In this document: piece after piece, positions 18,871 through 28,894 of the stretch
Position numbering within the stretch: the stretch's first letter is position 1
Layout of the letters: every line of letters starts with the position of its first letter
Assembly: GCA_020718645.1 (NCBI GenBank)
Contig: DYRQ01000012.1
Span: forward strand, 1 to 34,686
DNA: 34,686 bases
Reading direction: 5' to 3'
Origin: Verrucomicrobium spinosum
GTDB lineage: Bacteria; Verrucomicrobiota; Verrucomicrobiia; JADLBR01; JAIBCM01
Position numbers and translations under genes: made by a program
The notes under the pieces: generated by a model
What the model saw: only the letters and a program-made list of their open reading frames with translations
What the model was told of the DNA's origin: nothing
Databases searched by the model: none

Positions 18871-19284
18871 TTAACTCATGTAGGGTTCTGGTAGAGCGAA
18901 AGCGTGTTCGATTACCGAACACTCGACGGGCTTATCCTCATGCAGATAGACTTCGACAACATCGAATCGGTAAACTAGGTCGCGCTGGTCAAGGAGCCGC
19001 AGGTAGGCTTGGGCGGCTTTGGCGATTTTTCGTTGCTTGGCTGGTGTGACCGCTTCGGCGGGCCGTCCGAAGGCATCGCTACTCCGGGCTTTGACTTCGG
19101 TAAACACCAGCACCGTGCCGTGGCGGCAGACGAGATCAATCTCGCCACCGGAGGAGGCGAAGCGTTGGAGTAACACTTTGTAGCCCAGGCTACGGAGGTA
19201 GGAGGCGGCGGCCTCTTCGCCGAACCGTCCGCGTTCCTCAGGGCATGCCGAAGCCGGGCAGTGCCGCTTGTGATACGGGTGCAA
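18871..19284 (-). CDS. yraN: YraN/UPF0102-family endonuclease-like protein (start uncertain; candidate TTG 19284)
   Basis: GRFGEEAAASYLRSLGYKVLLQRFASSGGEIDLVCRHGTVLVFTEVKARS matches the YraN family; no in-frame ATG near the conserved N-terminus; overlaps the 3' end of rnhB. Confidence 0.65.
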   Translation of the reverse strand: MHPYHKRHCPASACPEERGRFGEEAAASYLRSLGYKVLLQRFASSGGEIDLVCRHGTVLVFTEVKARSSDAFGRPAEAVTPAKQRKIAKAAQAYLRLLDQRDLVYRFDVVEVYLHEDKPVECSVIEHAFALPEPYMS

Positions 19285-19876
19285 AAGAGCGCCGATGAAC
19301 CGGGCAAGGTCCGTGGCGGCGGAGCGCTTCGAGGTGCTCGGGCGTGGGGTATCCTTTATGTTTGGCGAATCCATACTGTGGGTAGGTCTTGTCCAGTTCG
19401 ACCATAATGCGATCTCGTGCGACTTTGGCGAGCACGGAAGCGGAGGCAATCGAACAGCTGAGGCGGTCGCCTTGAACCACCCCACGGTGTGGGAGGCAAA
19501 AAGCGCGGAAGGGTTTGCCATCCACCAGAGCGAAGTCGGCTTTTTGAGGCAGAGAAGCCAAGGCACGCTCCATGGCCAGCTTCGAGGCGTGGTAAATGTT
19601 CAGGGCATCAATCTCCTCCGGGCTGGCTAGTGCAACGGCGCACACTAAGTCAGGGGAGGCTAGGATGAGGGGTTCCAAGAGGTCGCGTTTTTTTTCGCTG
19701 AGCAGTTTGGAGTCAGCGATGCCAGGCACAGCCTGTGGCTGGAGGTAGAGGACAGCAGCGGCAGTGACGGGGCCGGCGAGCGGGCCGCGGCCAGCTTCGT
19801 CCACGCCAGCAATAAAACGAAAGCCCGCAGAGCGGGCTTCGTTTTCACAATGAAATGTGGGGGGAGTGGTGGCCAC
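19238..19876 (-). CDS. rnhB: ribonuclease HII
   Basis: FIAGVDEAGRGPLAGPV RNase HII active-site motif. Confidence 0.95.
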   Translation of the reverse strand: MATTPPTFHCENEARSAGFRFIAGVDEAGRGPLAGPVTAAAVLYLQPQAVPGIADSKLLSEKKRDLLEPLILASPDLVCAVALASPEEIDALNIYHASKLAMERALASLPQKADFALVDGKPFRAFCLPHRGVVQGDRLSCSIASASVLAKVARDRIMVELDKTYPQYGFAKHKGYPTPEHLEALRRHGPCPVHRRSFAPVSQAALPGFGMP

Positions 19877-19894
19877 TTGGCCGAGTCGAGCTAA

Positions 19895-20272
19895 TTATTT
19901 TTTCTTGGCTGTTGGCTTATTTTTTTTGCCGAGTTCCTTGACCGTGGTGGCGCTTTTGCCCTTGCGGTCGCGGAGGTAGTAAAGTTTGCTGCGGCGGACA
20001 TCGCCCTGTTTCTCCACCACGACCTTCTCGATCATGGGCGAGTGTATGGGGAATACACGCTCGACACCTTCACCGTAGCTGATGCGCCTGACGGTGAACA
20101 TTTCGTTCAGACCACGGCCTTTGCGACCGATGACGATACCTTGGTAAACCTGAATGCGCTCTTTATCGCCTTCGCGCACTTTGGTGTGGACTTTGACGGT
20201 ATCGCCAACTTTGAAGGGCGTTACCTGTTTCTTGAATTGTTCTGCTTCTAGTCTGTCTATGATCGCGTTCAT
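19895..20272 (-). CDS. rplS: 50S ribosomal protein L19
   Basis: [15 protein letters not shown]...[27 protein letters not shown]. Confidence 0.95.
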   Translation of the reverse strand: MNAIIDRLEAEQFKKQVTPFKVGDTVKVHTKVREGDKERIQVYQGIVIGRKGRGLNEMFTVRRISYGEGVERVFPIHSPMIEKVVVEKQGDVRRSKLYYLRDRKGKSATTVKELGKKNKPTAKKK

Positions 20273-20425
20273 GGCGTCTCCTATTTATGAAAAGTGTGAC
20301 AACATGCAGAAACTGCGATGGCTCGTCAAGCTTTGAGTTGTTGTTGTGCTTTTTTCTGAAAATAGGCACAATCTGTTGGATGCTTTTAGTATCGTAGGAT
20401 TCAACTCAAAGAAAGGATTATAACC

Positions 20426-21172
20426 ATGGACGCCCTCATACTTGCCGCTGGCTATGCCACCAGGCTCTACCCCCTCACAGAAACACAAGCTAAGCCACTT
20501 CTTCCAGTCGCAGGAAGACCCATGATCAATTTCGTGCTCGAGGCGCTCTTGCCCATCGAGGAGATCACCCGTGTGTTCGTCGTAGCTAATGCTAAATTTC
20601 ACAGTCATTTTGAAGAGTGGGCCGCAGCTTACCAATCGCCCACACGCCAGGTTCCCATTCACATTTTGAACGATGGTTCGACTGATCCTAAAAATGCACT
20701 AGGCGCCATTGGCGACATCCATTTCACCGTCAAGCAGGCGGGTCTTACTGATGACCTGATCATCGTGGCTGGCGACAACCTTTTCAGCGAGAAATTGCAG
20801 GACTTCGGCAAACTCGCCGCTGAGAAGAAGCAGGCGTTATTGGGTGTTTATGATGTGAAAGACCTTGAGCAGGTGAAAAAATACAACAGCATCTCGCTGG
20901 ATGCTGGCGGTAAGATCGTGAATTTCGAGGAGAAACCGAAAGACCCTACCAGCACCCTGACAGGTATCGCTCTCTATTACTATCCTGCGCACATTCTGCC
21001 GATGATTGATCAGTATATTGCAGAGGGTAATAACGCTGATCAGCCGGGCCGTTTTGTGCAGTGGCTGCACACGCGTCAGCCTGTTTATACTTGGACCGTG
21101 CCAGGGCTCTGGTATGACATCGGCAGCAAAGAGACCCTCGAAGAGGCTAACACCATCTTTGCTGGGAAATAG
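20426..21172 (+). CDS. sugar-phosphate nucleotidyltransferase (NTP_transferase family; specificity unknown)
   Basis: MDALILAAGYATRLYPLTETQAKPLLPVAGRPMI pyrophosphorylase motif; AAAGGA RBS 8 nt upstream of the ATG. Confidence 0.75.
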   Translation: MDALILAAGYATRLYPLTETQAKPLLPVAGRPMINFVLEALLPIEEITRVFVVANAKFHSHFEEWAAAYQSPTRQVPIHILNDGSTDPKNALGAIGDIHFTVKQAGLTDDLIIVAGDNLFSEKLQDFGKLAAEKKQALLGVYDVKDLEQVKKYNSISLDAGGKIVNFEEKPKDPTSTLTGIALYYYPAHILPMIDQYIAEGNNADQPGRFVQWLHTRQPVYTWTVPGLWYDIGSKETLEEANTIFAGK

Positions 21173-21202
21173 GCATATTCTCTAGCAGGTAATCCCTCAC
21201 AC

Positions 21203-21230
21203 AAGCGGCTCTTCGGAGCCGCTTTTTTTG
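21203..21230. terminator. rho-independent terminator between the convergent NTP-transferase and rhomboid genes
   Basis: GCGGCTC-ttcg-GAGCCGC hairpin followed by T7 on the plus strand (A-tract on the other side). Confidence 0.65.
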
Positions 21231-21273
21231 TGGGTGCCGTCCTTGATTTCGTGGTGCGTGCCACGAGGGTGGC

Positions 21274-22170
21274 TCAGAGCTTTTTGCGGGCTTCCTCGAG
21301 GAGTTTGCGCTCTTGGGGAGAGAGGCTCTGGAAGCCGTGCTTGGAAATTTTATCAAGGATGGGGTCTATTTTGTTCGAAATAAACTCGTGCGGGTTTGTC
21401 TCTGATGTGTGGGACGGTTTTGGGCGAGGATGGGCCGTATTGGTTTTGGTCGGTCCGGGTTTGTGTTCGGGCTGGGGGGGGAGAGGCTGGGGTTTAAAAA
21501 TATTTTCAGCCCAAGCGGGAGGGTGGTGGAACATCGGCTCCAAGGCTGCTCCGATCATCTTGATGTAGGCGAAGCCGACCACCATGCCGCCCAGATGTGC
21601 TAGGTGGGCGATGTTGGAGTGATTCTCCGCGATCATGAGCAGGGTGAGCACCGCGTAACCTACGGCCATCCAGCGGGCTTGCACGGGCATGGGTATGGGA
21701 AAAAGATAGACCTCGGCACGGGGGCGTATGGTGGCGAAGGCGGTCACGAGTCCCAGCACAGCGCCGCTGGCTCCGACCATAATGGAGGGGGAATTGAAAT
21801 TGAAGATCAGCCAGAGGATGCCGCCGGCGAGTCCTCCCGCTACATAGAGAGCGAGGAAGTGTCCGGCCCCGATATGCCTTGCCACTTCGCGTCCGAAGAA
21901 AAAGAGGCCGAGCATGTTAAAAGCCAAGTGCATGACGCCGCCATGCATCCACATGTAGGTGGCGAGTTGGTGGAAGTTCCCCGATAAGAATCTCGGGCCG
22001 TTCAGGGCAAAAAAAGTGTTGAGGAAAGAGGATGAACCGCCTGTGAGCAGCACCAGCAGGTAGAGGGCGATGTTGGCCAAGATGACATACTTGACCCATC
22101 GTGCGCTCTGCCCTTCGAATGCTGCTGCAAACATATTATATCCTCTTACACTAAACCCGGCTGGTTTCAA
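21274..22170 (-). CDS. rhomboid-family intramembrane serine protease with a long Pro-rich C-terminal tail
   Basis: GASGAVLG (GxSG) and HLAHLGGMVVGF catalytic motifs; tail ...PQPLPPQPEHKPGPTKTNTAHPRPKP...LSPQERKLLEEARKKL. Confidence 0.85.
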   Translation of the reverse strand: MKPAGFSVRGYNMFAAAFEGQSARWVKYVILANIALYLLVLLTGGSSSFLNTFFALNGPRFLSGNFHQLATYMWMHGGVMHLAFNMLGLFFFGREVARHIGAGHFLALYVAGGLAGGILWLIFNFNSPSIMVGASGAVLGLVTAFATIRPRAEVYLFPIPMPVQARWMAVGYAVLTLLMIAENHSNIAHLAHLGGMVVGFAYIKMIGAALEPMFHHPPAWAENIFKPQPLPPQPEHKPGPTKTNTAHPRPKPSHTSETNPHEFISNKIDPILDKISKHGFQSLSPQERKLLEEARKKL

Positions 22171-22200
22171 TATTTGAAAGACACGGTAGCGGTGCTGCGA

Positions 22201-23925
22201 TCATTGGTCAGACGCCGCCGCCGCCCACTGCCGGACGGTTGCCGCGGCTTGATCAAGAGGCACCAAGGTGCTTTCTTTCTGGTGGCGCCACTTCAGTTCC
22301 ACACCGCCAGCTTTGAGCGATTTTTCGCCGAGCGTGACGCGGATGGGAAAGCCGATGAGGTCGGCGTCTTTGAACTTCACACCCGGGCGCTCGTCGCGGT
22401 CATCCACGATCGCGTCCACACCGAGGGCAGTGAGTTCGTCCCGCAACTTGAGAGCTTCGCTGGAGAGACTCTTGTCGAGCTGGAGAATGGCAGCGGTGAA
22501 GGGGGCGATGGCGACGGGCCACAAGATACCGTTGTCGTCGTGGCTCTGTTCGACGACGGCTTGCAGGGTGCGTCCGACGCCGATGCCGTAGCAGCCCATG
22601 ACCACGGTCTGGGATTTGCCTGATTCATCGAGATACTTCGCGCCAAAAGCATCGCTGTATTTTGTGCCGAGCTTGAAGACATGTCCGACTTCGATGGCGC
22701 GTTCAATCCGGACAGGAGAACCGGTTTCTGTCAGTTCTCCCGCCTGTGCCGTGCGGAGGCTGGCATAGGAGTCGGGGCGGATGTCGCGACCCATGTCCAC
22801 TTGGCGCAGATGGAATCCGTCTTCGTTGGCACCAGTGGTCATGCCGAGCTGTTCTTGCAGGTCGAGATCGGCATGGATTTTGAAGATTTTTTTCCTGTCC
22901 ACGCCGCAGGCTCCGAGGCTGCCGGGGTGCGCACCGAGTGCCGCGACGATTTCCTCTTCGGTGGCAGGGCGATATTCTTGGTAGCCGAGGGCGCCGACTT
23001 TGGCCTCGCAGAGCTGGTGGTCACCGCGAAGGAGTAGCAGCACAAAGCGGCTGTCACAGAGGTAGGCTAAGGTTTTGATCTGGTCGCACGCGGGGACGCT
23101 GTGCTGGGAGGTCAACTCCTCGATGGTCTTGGCGGTTGGTGTGGCGAATTTCTCCGGGGCAGGGGAGGGGGAGGAGGGGTTGGTGCGCGGCACGGGTTGG
23201 GTGCGAGCTTTTTCGATAGCTGCCATGTATTGTCCGTCGTCGCTGAAGACGACTTCGCTTTCGCCGATGGTGCAGGGCACTTGAAACTCGTGGGAGAAGC
23301 TGCCGCCCATGACGCCAGTATCTGCTTCCACGACCACGCAGCGCAGGCCGGCGCGGGCGAAAATGCGTTTGTAGGCGTTATACATTTTTTCGTAGGAGAG
23401 CTTGGCAGCATCGTCGGTGGCGTCGAAGCTGTAGGCGTCTTTCATGGAAAACTCGCGGGCGCGCATCAGGCCAAAACGGGGGCGGATTTCATCGCGGAAC
23501 TTGGTCTGGATCTGGTAAAAAGTTTTTGGGAGTTGGCGGTAGGAATTGATATGGCCGGCGACCAGCTCGGTGATGACTTCCTCGTGTGTGGGACCGAGGA
23601 GAAATTCCGTGTCTGCGGTGGTGTCCGTGCGGCTGCGGGCAGCGAACATGACAGGCAGGGCGGCCTCGTAGCGGGGGCCTTTTTTCCAGAGTTCGCGGGG
23701 GTGTAGGGCGGGCAGCAAGACTTCCTGTGCCCCGGCGCGGTTCATCTCCTCTCGGATGATGGTTTCCAGCTTGCGCAGGCTGCGGAGGCCGAGGGGAAGA
23801 AAGGAATAGGCACCACCCGCAAGTTTGCGGACGAGGCCTGCCCTCAAGAGAAGGCGGTGGCTGGCAATCTCCGCATCGGCCGGGGCCTCGCGGAGCGTGG
23901 GGATGAGTAGTTCGCTCCAAAGCAT
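22201..23925 (-). CDS. proS: proline--tRNA ligase (bacterial type with editing domain)
   Basis: MLWSELLIPTLREAPADAEIASHRLLLRAGLVRKLAGGAYSFLPLG N-terminus; 574 aa. Confidence 0.95.
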   Translation of the reverse strand: MLWSELLIPTLREAPADAEIASHRLLLRAGLVRKLAGGAYSFLPLGLRSLRKLETIIREEMNRAGAQEVLLPALHPRELWKKGPRYEAALPVMFAARSRTDTTADTEFLLGPTHEEVITELVAGHINSYRQLPKTFYQIQTKFRDEIRPRFGLMRAREFSMKDAYSFDATDDAAKLSYEKMYNAYKRIFARAGLRCVVVEADTGVMGGSFSHEFQVPCTIGESEVVFSDDGQYMAAIEKARTQPVPRTNPSSPSPAPEKFATPTAKTIEELTSQHSVPACDQIKTLAYLCDSRFVLLLLRGDHQLCEAKVGALGYQEYRPATEEEIVAALGAHPGSLGACGVDRKKIFKIHADLDLQEQLGMTTGANEDGFHLRQVDMGRDIRPDSYASLRTAQAGELTETGSPVRIERAIEVGHVFKLGTKYSDAFGAKYLDESGKSQTVVMGCYGIGVGRTLQAVVEQSHDDNGILWPVAIAPFTAAILQLDKSLSSEALKLRDELTALGVDAIVDDRDERPGVKFKDADLIGFPIRVTLGEKSLKAGGVELKWRHQKESTLVPLDQAAATVRQWAAAASDQ

Positions 23926-24106
23926 AAGTGAAGTGGTGAAGCTAAAGCAGCAGAGCCAGAGTTCAACCTAAATTCTCCAGCTCGATGATGAGGGCTCAGA
24001 AAAAACGGGTTCAGACTTACATGGCATATTGGTGACAGAGTATTTACCGCAAAATTCAGCAAAACACTTGCAATCCTGTGGGATGAGGTTCTAGGGTGTA
24101 ACCATT

Positions 24107-26341
24107 ATGGCATTCTTAGCCGCAGACATTCCCGATGAAGTGATGAACAAAATTGAAAACTGGCTCGATCAGCTCGCTATGGAGCTTGTTCTGGCTGAAC
24201 CGGACAAGGATAAGGGTCAGCTCCCTGTTCGTGACATCCTCCATCAGATGAAAGTGAAATCTTCGACAGTCGAGGATCTGGTTCATCTGACGCAGGCAGC
24301 ATCCTATGGCACCAACTATATGGATGCTATCATGGACGAGTTGCGGCCATTTTCCCGCCAAGACCTCAACCGTCTCAGTGGGTTGCTCGAGCAATTAAAG
24401 ATGATTGCAGCAGATCCCTCCTTGGCATTCGATATGCCGGATGACGCTAAAGAATTTCAAGAAAAAGCCCAGACGCCTCGCGTCCCCGTCCCTTCTGTAG
24501 TGGAGACAAATATAGAACCCGAACTCGTCATTAACCTAAATGTGGATAGCGACGGAGATCTCCTCCGTGAGTTTATTAATGAATCACACGAGCATCTCGA
24601 TAACATCGAACAAGGCGTGCTGGTGCTGGAGAGCAACCCTGAAGACGATGACACGCTGAACTCGATCTTCCGCGCGTTCCATACTTTCAAAGGTGGCTCT
24701 GGATTCTTGAACCTGATACCCATCAACCGTCTCTCGCACGAGTTGGAAACTTTGCTCGATCTGGCTAGGACGAAGAAGCTGGCTATCTCCTCTGATGTGA
24801 TCAATGTGATTCTCGCAGGTGCCGATACCCTGAAAGATTTCGTGGCCCAGATGGATTTGCAGCTCTCGGGCAAGCAGCCCCTGTCTCCTATTTGCATCCC
24901 AATTCGCGAACTTGCAGAGCATGTCAAAGGTATGGTCTCAGATTGCGGTTCTGGAATTGCGATCCGGCCTTACACCGAGGGCACACCGGCACCAGTCCGC
25001 TCGGAAGCTCCCGGAGCCCAGCCGTCAGCTAAAGCATCAGTAGCAGCAACAGTTGAGGAAGACGATGACGAGCCTTCAGCATCAGTCGCTAAAGCTGCGG
25101 CTCACGAGCCCGCTAAAAAACCCAATACCCAGCAGCAGGCTGCGGCTCAAGGCCAGCAAAACGCGTCTGTGGTCAAGGTGGACACGATCAAGCTGGACAG
25201 CCTCATTGACTTGGTCGGTGAGCTGGTGATTGCCCAGTCGCAGGTAGCTCAAGATGAGGAACTTTCCAAGATCGAGAGCCAGAAGCTGAACCGTAATCTC
25301 GCCCAGCTCGGACGCATCACCAATGACCTCCAGCGTGTGGCGATGTCCCTGCGCATGGTGCCGATCCGCGCCACCTTCCAGAAGATGAACCGTCTGGTTC
25401 GTGATCTTGCAGCTCGCATCGGCAAGCAGATTGACTTCCAGATCGCCGGTGAAGACACTGAGATGGATCGCACCATCGTCGAGGAGCTGAGCGACCCGCT
25501 GATGCACATGATCCGCAACTCTGTGGATCACGGTATCGAGATGCCCGATGTCCGCACCAAAGCTGGCAAGAAGCCCTGCGGCACTGTGAATTTGAGTTCC
25601 TACCACCAAGGCGGTAACATCGTCATTGATATCCGAGACGATGGCGGCGGTCTGAACAAAGAGCGCATCCTCAGGAAAGCGGTCGAACGCGGCATCGTGA
25701 CCCCTGAACAGAATTTGTCCGAGAAGGAAATCTTCGCGCTGATTTTTGCCCCTGGCTTCTCTACCGCCGAGCAAGTCACTGACATTTCTGGCCGTGGTGT
25801 GGGCATGGATGTGGTTCGCAAAAACATTGAGAAACTGCGCGGCAAAATCGAGATTGATTCCGTGCAGGGCCAAGGCACTACCTTCCGCATCTTCTTGCCC
25901 TTGACGCTGGCTATCATTGACGGCCTGATCGTCAAGGTGGGCGAGCAGCGCTACATCATCCCGACCTTGGCAGTGCGCGAGTCGTTCCGCCCGACGAAAG
26001 AGATGATCTCCACGGTGCATGAGCGCGGTGAGATGGTCAATGTCCGTGGCCGACTGAATCCCTTGCTTCGCCTTTACGATGTCTTCGGAGTCACCCCGCG
26101 TTCCACGGATGTCACCGACAGCATTGTGCTGGTGGTGGAATCCGCGCACGAGACGCGCTGCGTGCTGGTGGACGATCTGCTCAGCAAGCAGGAGGTGGTC
26201 ATCAAGAGTCTTGGCGAACAGTTCAAGCAGAACAAGAGCTTGGCTGGTGCCGCGATCTTGGGTGATGGCACCGTGGGTCTGATCCTCGATCCGAGTGCTT
26301 TGGTGCAACTCGACTTCAACGCCCTCGCGGACGCCGCCTGA
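24107..26341 (+). CDS. cheA: CheA-type histidine kinase with an about 145-aa non-canonical N-terminal extension
   Basis: Hpt FRAFHTFKGGSGFLNL (phospho-His) at about residue 190; P3 VKVDTIKLDSLIDLVGELVIAQ; HATPase DDGGGL and GRGVGMDVV; C-terminal CheW-like domain; no recognisable P2 domain. Confidence 0.9.
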   Translation: MAFLAADIPDEVMNKIENWLDQLAMELVLAEPDKDKGQLPVRDILHQMKVKSSTVEDLVHLTQAASYGTNYMDAIMDELRPFSRQDLNRLSGLLEQLKMIAADPSLAFDMPDDAKEFQEKAQTPRVPVPSVVETNIEPELVINLNVDSDGDLLREFINESHEHLDNIEQGVLVLESNPEDDDTLNSIFRAFHTFKGGSGFLNLIPINRLSHELETLLDLARTKKLAISSDVINVILAGADTLKDFVAQMDLQLSGKQPLSPICIPIRELAEHVKGMVSDCGSGIAIRPYTEGTPAPVRSEAPGAQPSAKASVAATVEEDDDEPSASVAKAAAHEPAKKPNTQQQAAAQGQQNASVVKVDTIKLDSLIDLVGELVIAQSQVAQDEELSKIESQKLNRNLAQLGRITNDLQRVAMSLRMVPIRATFQKMNRLVRDLAARIGKQIDFQIAGEDTEMDRTIVEELSDPLMHMIRNSVDHGIEMPDVRTKAGKKPCGTVNLSSYHQGGNIVIDIRDDGGGLNKERILRKAVERGIVTPEQNLSEKEIFALIFAPGFSTAEQVTDISGRGVGMDVVRKNIEKLRGKIEIDSVQGQGTTFRIFLPLTLAIIDGLIVKVGEQRYIIPTLAVRESFRPTKEMISTVHERGEMVNVRGRLNPLLRLYDVFGVTPRSTDVTDSIVLVVESAHETRCVLVDDLLSKQEVVIKSLGEQFKQNKSLAGAAILGDGTVGLILDPSALVQLDFNALADAA

Positions 26342-26345
26342 TACC

Positions 26346-28232
26346 ATGTTCCCCTCGGCTATGAAGCCCGCTACAGCAGTGGGATCACTGCACCGTGCCG
26401 ATGAGCAGCCCACGGGTGCGGTGGAAAAAGTCCCCACGCGTGCTCAGATTGCGGTGGAAGATACTTGGGATTTGTCTGCGCTCTATGCAGACGATCTGGC
26501 TTGGGAGCAGGAATTCGCTCGTTACCAGCTTGAATACCCGAAAATATCGCGTTTCATGGGACGGTTGGCCGACTCGTCAGAGGCCTTGGCCGAGGCTTTG
26601 GAATTTGAAAATTCGGTGGATTTCCTCTGTTCGAAACTGCATCACTACGCGGGTTTGAAGTCTTCCGAGGATTCTTCCGACAATACCAATCTCTCGCGAG
26701 AGGCGCGTCTCCAGTCGGCTGCAACACGCGCAGCCGAGTTGTCGGCGTTCATGACTCCCGAGATCCAGGCGATCCCTGATGAGCGCTGGGAGCAATTGCT
26801 GGCCGCTGATGTATTGGGGGTTTGGCGTTCGGCGCTCCGTAAAATCCGCCGCAACAAACCTCATACTTTGACGGCGTCAGAGGAGAGGCTCATGGCACTG
26901 GCAGCCGAGCCGCTGGGAGGGTTCCAAGAAACTTTTTCTCAGCTCACCAATGTAGATCTAAAATTCGGATCGCTCCGGGATGATCGTGGCCGGGAGCGCG
27001 AGCTTTCTCATGGGTCTTTTGCTTCTTTTCTTCAGAGTCGCGAGCCCGCTGTGAGGCGCGAGGCGTTTCACCGTTACTATCAAGTCTTTGATGCTCACAA
27101 ATTCACTTTGTCTGCCACGCTGGCACACTCGGTGAAAACAGGTGTATTCCAAGCCCGCGCCCGTCATTATTCATCGGCGCTCGAGGCAGCACTGTTTCAC
27201 GACGATATTCCGGCTGTGGTTTACGATAACCTGATTGCGAGCGTGCGATCGGGACTGGAGCCGCTCTACCGCTACTACGCCTTGCGCCAAGAGTTGCTCG
27301 GGCTTGAGGAGATTCACCACTACGACACCTATGTCCCGATGGTGGGAGGGGTGGAGACAGATTACTCATTCGATGAGGCAGCCGAGATGGTGCTCGAGGC
27401 CTTGCAGCCGCTGGGCGAGGAGTATGTCACTACGCTGCGCCAGGGGATGGCCTCGCGCTGGTGCGACCGCTACGAGTCGGCAGGCAAACGCAGCGGCGCT
27501 TTTTCGTGGTCATCCTACGGTGCGCCTCCTTACATCCTGATGAACTACAAGCGCGATGTTTTCTCGGATGTTTATACCTTGGCGCACGAGGTCGGACACT
27601 CGATGCATTCTTGGTTCAGCAACAGGGCGCAGTCGTTTCAGGACAGTCATTACAGTATTTTTGTGGCAGAGGTGGCTTCGACTTTTAATGAAGAACTGCT
27701 GACGCATTATCTGCTCACGAAGACCGAAGATCCGAGGATGCGAGCCTATATCATCAATCGCCAACTGGATGATATCCGCGGCACTATTTATCGGCAGACG
27801 ATGTTTGCCGAATTCGAGAAGCGGATCCACGCGGCACAAGAGGCTGGGGAGGCGCTCACACTAGATTATTTCCGTGGCACTTACCGCGAGCTGCTGAACA
27901 CATGGTTTGGCTCGAACTTCTCTTTGGATACCGAGCTGGAATTGGAGTGTTTCCGCATTCCTCATTTTTACTCGGCCTTCTATGTTTACAAGTATGCGAC
28001 AGGCCTGTCGGCGGCTTTGGCTTTGGCGAATAAAGTCCTGTCTGGTGAAACTGGAGCAGTGGAATCTTACCTGAAATTCCTGAGTCTCGGCGGATCAGTG
28101 ATGCCGTTGGAGGCGCTAGGAATAGCAGGCGTAAATATGGCCTCTCCCGAGCCGGTGCGCCGGGCGTTGGGACTTTTTTCGCGCCGTGTGGATGAGTTGA
28201 CGCAGTGGGGGCAATCTTACTCAGCTAAATAA
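26346..28232 (+). CDS. pepF: oligoendopeptidase F (M3B)
   Basis: HEVGHSMH zinc motif and overall PepF length; in-frame ATG at 26346 lies 5 nt after the cheA stop (the track ORF starts earlier at 26295). Confidence 0.9.
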   Translation: MFPSAMKPATAVGSLHRADEQPTGAVEKVPTRAQIAVEDTWDLSALYADDLAWEQEFARYQLEYPKISRFMGRLADSSEALAEALEFENSVDFLCSKLHHYAGLKSSEDSSDNTNLSREARLQSAATRAAELSAFMTPEIQAIPDERWEQLLAADVLGVWRSALRKIRRNKPHTLTASEERLMALAAEPLGGFQETFSQLTNVDLKFGSLRDDRGRERELSHGSFASFLQSREPAVRREAFHRYYQVFDAHKFTLSATLAHSVKTGVFQARARHYSSALEAALFHDDIPAVVYDNLIASVRSGLEPLYRYYALRQELLGLEEIHHYDTYVPMVGGVETDYSFDEAAEMVLEALQPLGEEYVTTLRQGMASRWCDRYESAGKRSGAFSWSSYGAPPYILMNYKRDVFSDVYTLAHEVGHSMHSWFSNRAQSFQDSHYSIFVAEVASTFNEELLTHYLLTKTEDPRMRAYIINRQLDDIRGTIYRQTMFAEFEKRIHAAQEAGEALTLDYFRGTYRELLNTWFGSNFSLDTELELECFRIPHFYSAFYVYKYATGLSAALALANKVLSGETGAVESYLKFLSLGGSVMPLEALGIAGVNMASPEPVRRALGLFSRRVDELTQWGQSYSAK

Positions 28233-28275
28233 AACTGCCTGCACCGCCCTAGTGTGTCGGTGGCAGGTGATTCGA

Positions 28276-28887
28276 TTAGCCGGCAATAAGGCCGTGGCCG
28301 AAGGAGGTGCCATCGGGCCAGATCAAGAAATTATGTCCCCCTTCGAGGTTGACTGAGCCGAGATCCACGAAGTCCACTTGCACCCAGCAGGCAGGTCCTT
28401 CGCCGAGTGGTTGCACGGCTTGCACCTCGAGACTCCGGAAAGCTGCGCCCTTTTCAGGGGAGTGAACTGTGGGGCGGACGCCATCAATGTCGCAGTCCAC
28501 TAAATCCATGAGAGACAAAAGACCTTGGGGATGCCGTGCGAAAATGAGACCTTCATCATTGATCAACTCCACGGATAGAAGGCAAGTGCCTGGAGTGATG
28601 TCGCCTGCTACGATCCATGACTGGTCGGCAGCGAGGAGGCGCAGGCTGGTTCCGACATCGAAAGAGCCGATCTCCGTGGCTATGCGGACCGTGGGTGCCT
28701 GTCCACATTTGTGGATGAGAGAAGATTTAGCGGCGAGGCGGCCTTTGGGTTTATCGAGAGCAAAGACGGTGAAGGGAAGTTTGTTGTCCATGAGCGACCT
28801 GACATGGACTGAGCCGAGTGAGCAAAAAATCCTCGTGCCGGGGGTAACATAAGGTTGAGAGGCGGTGGTGGAAGCATTTAGGCTCAT
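28276..28887 (-). CDS. hypothetical protein (no signal peptide and no domain recognised)
   Basis: ORF only; lies 8 nt downstream of the amidase gene on the same strand. Confidence 0.4.
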   Translation of the reverse strand: MSLNASTTASQPYVTPGTRIFCSLGSVHVRSLMDNKLPFTVFALDKPKGRLAAKSSLIHKCGQAPTVRIATEIGSFDVGTSLRLLAADQSWIVAGDITPGTCLLSVELINDEGLIFARHPQGLLSLMDLVDCDIDGVRPTVHSPEKGAAFRSLEVQAVQPLGEGPACWVQVDFVDLGSVNLEGGHNFLIWPDGTSFGHGLIAG

Positions 28888-28894
28888 AGTGTTT

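Noticed and set aside
24070-24090. Possible sigma54 promoter upstream of cheA (TTGCA present)
   Set aside because: The -24 half matches only 3/6 (cAGCAa versus TGGCAC); the TTGCA more likely belongs to the recurring ATTGCATAAT-like motif
26295-26345. Upstream start of pepF overlapping the cheA 3' end
   Set aside because: In-frame ATG at 26346, 5 nt after the cheA stop, fits PepF N-terminal length better
25082-26437. 451-aa minus-strand ORF antisense to cheA (also 30263..31279 antisense to gmd, 32742..33488 antisense to purK, 4746..5504 and 6088..6816 antisense to sulP and KH/rpsP)
   Set aside because: Each is the shadow of a confidently identified gene on the opposite strand
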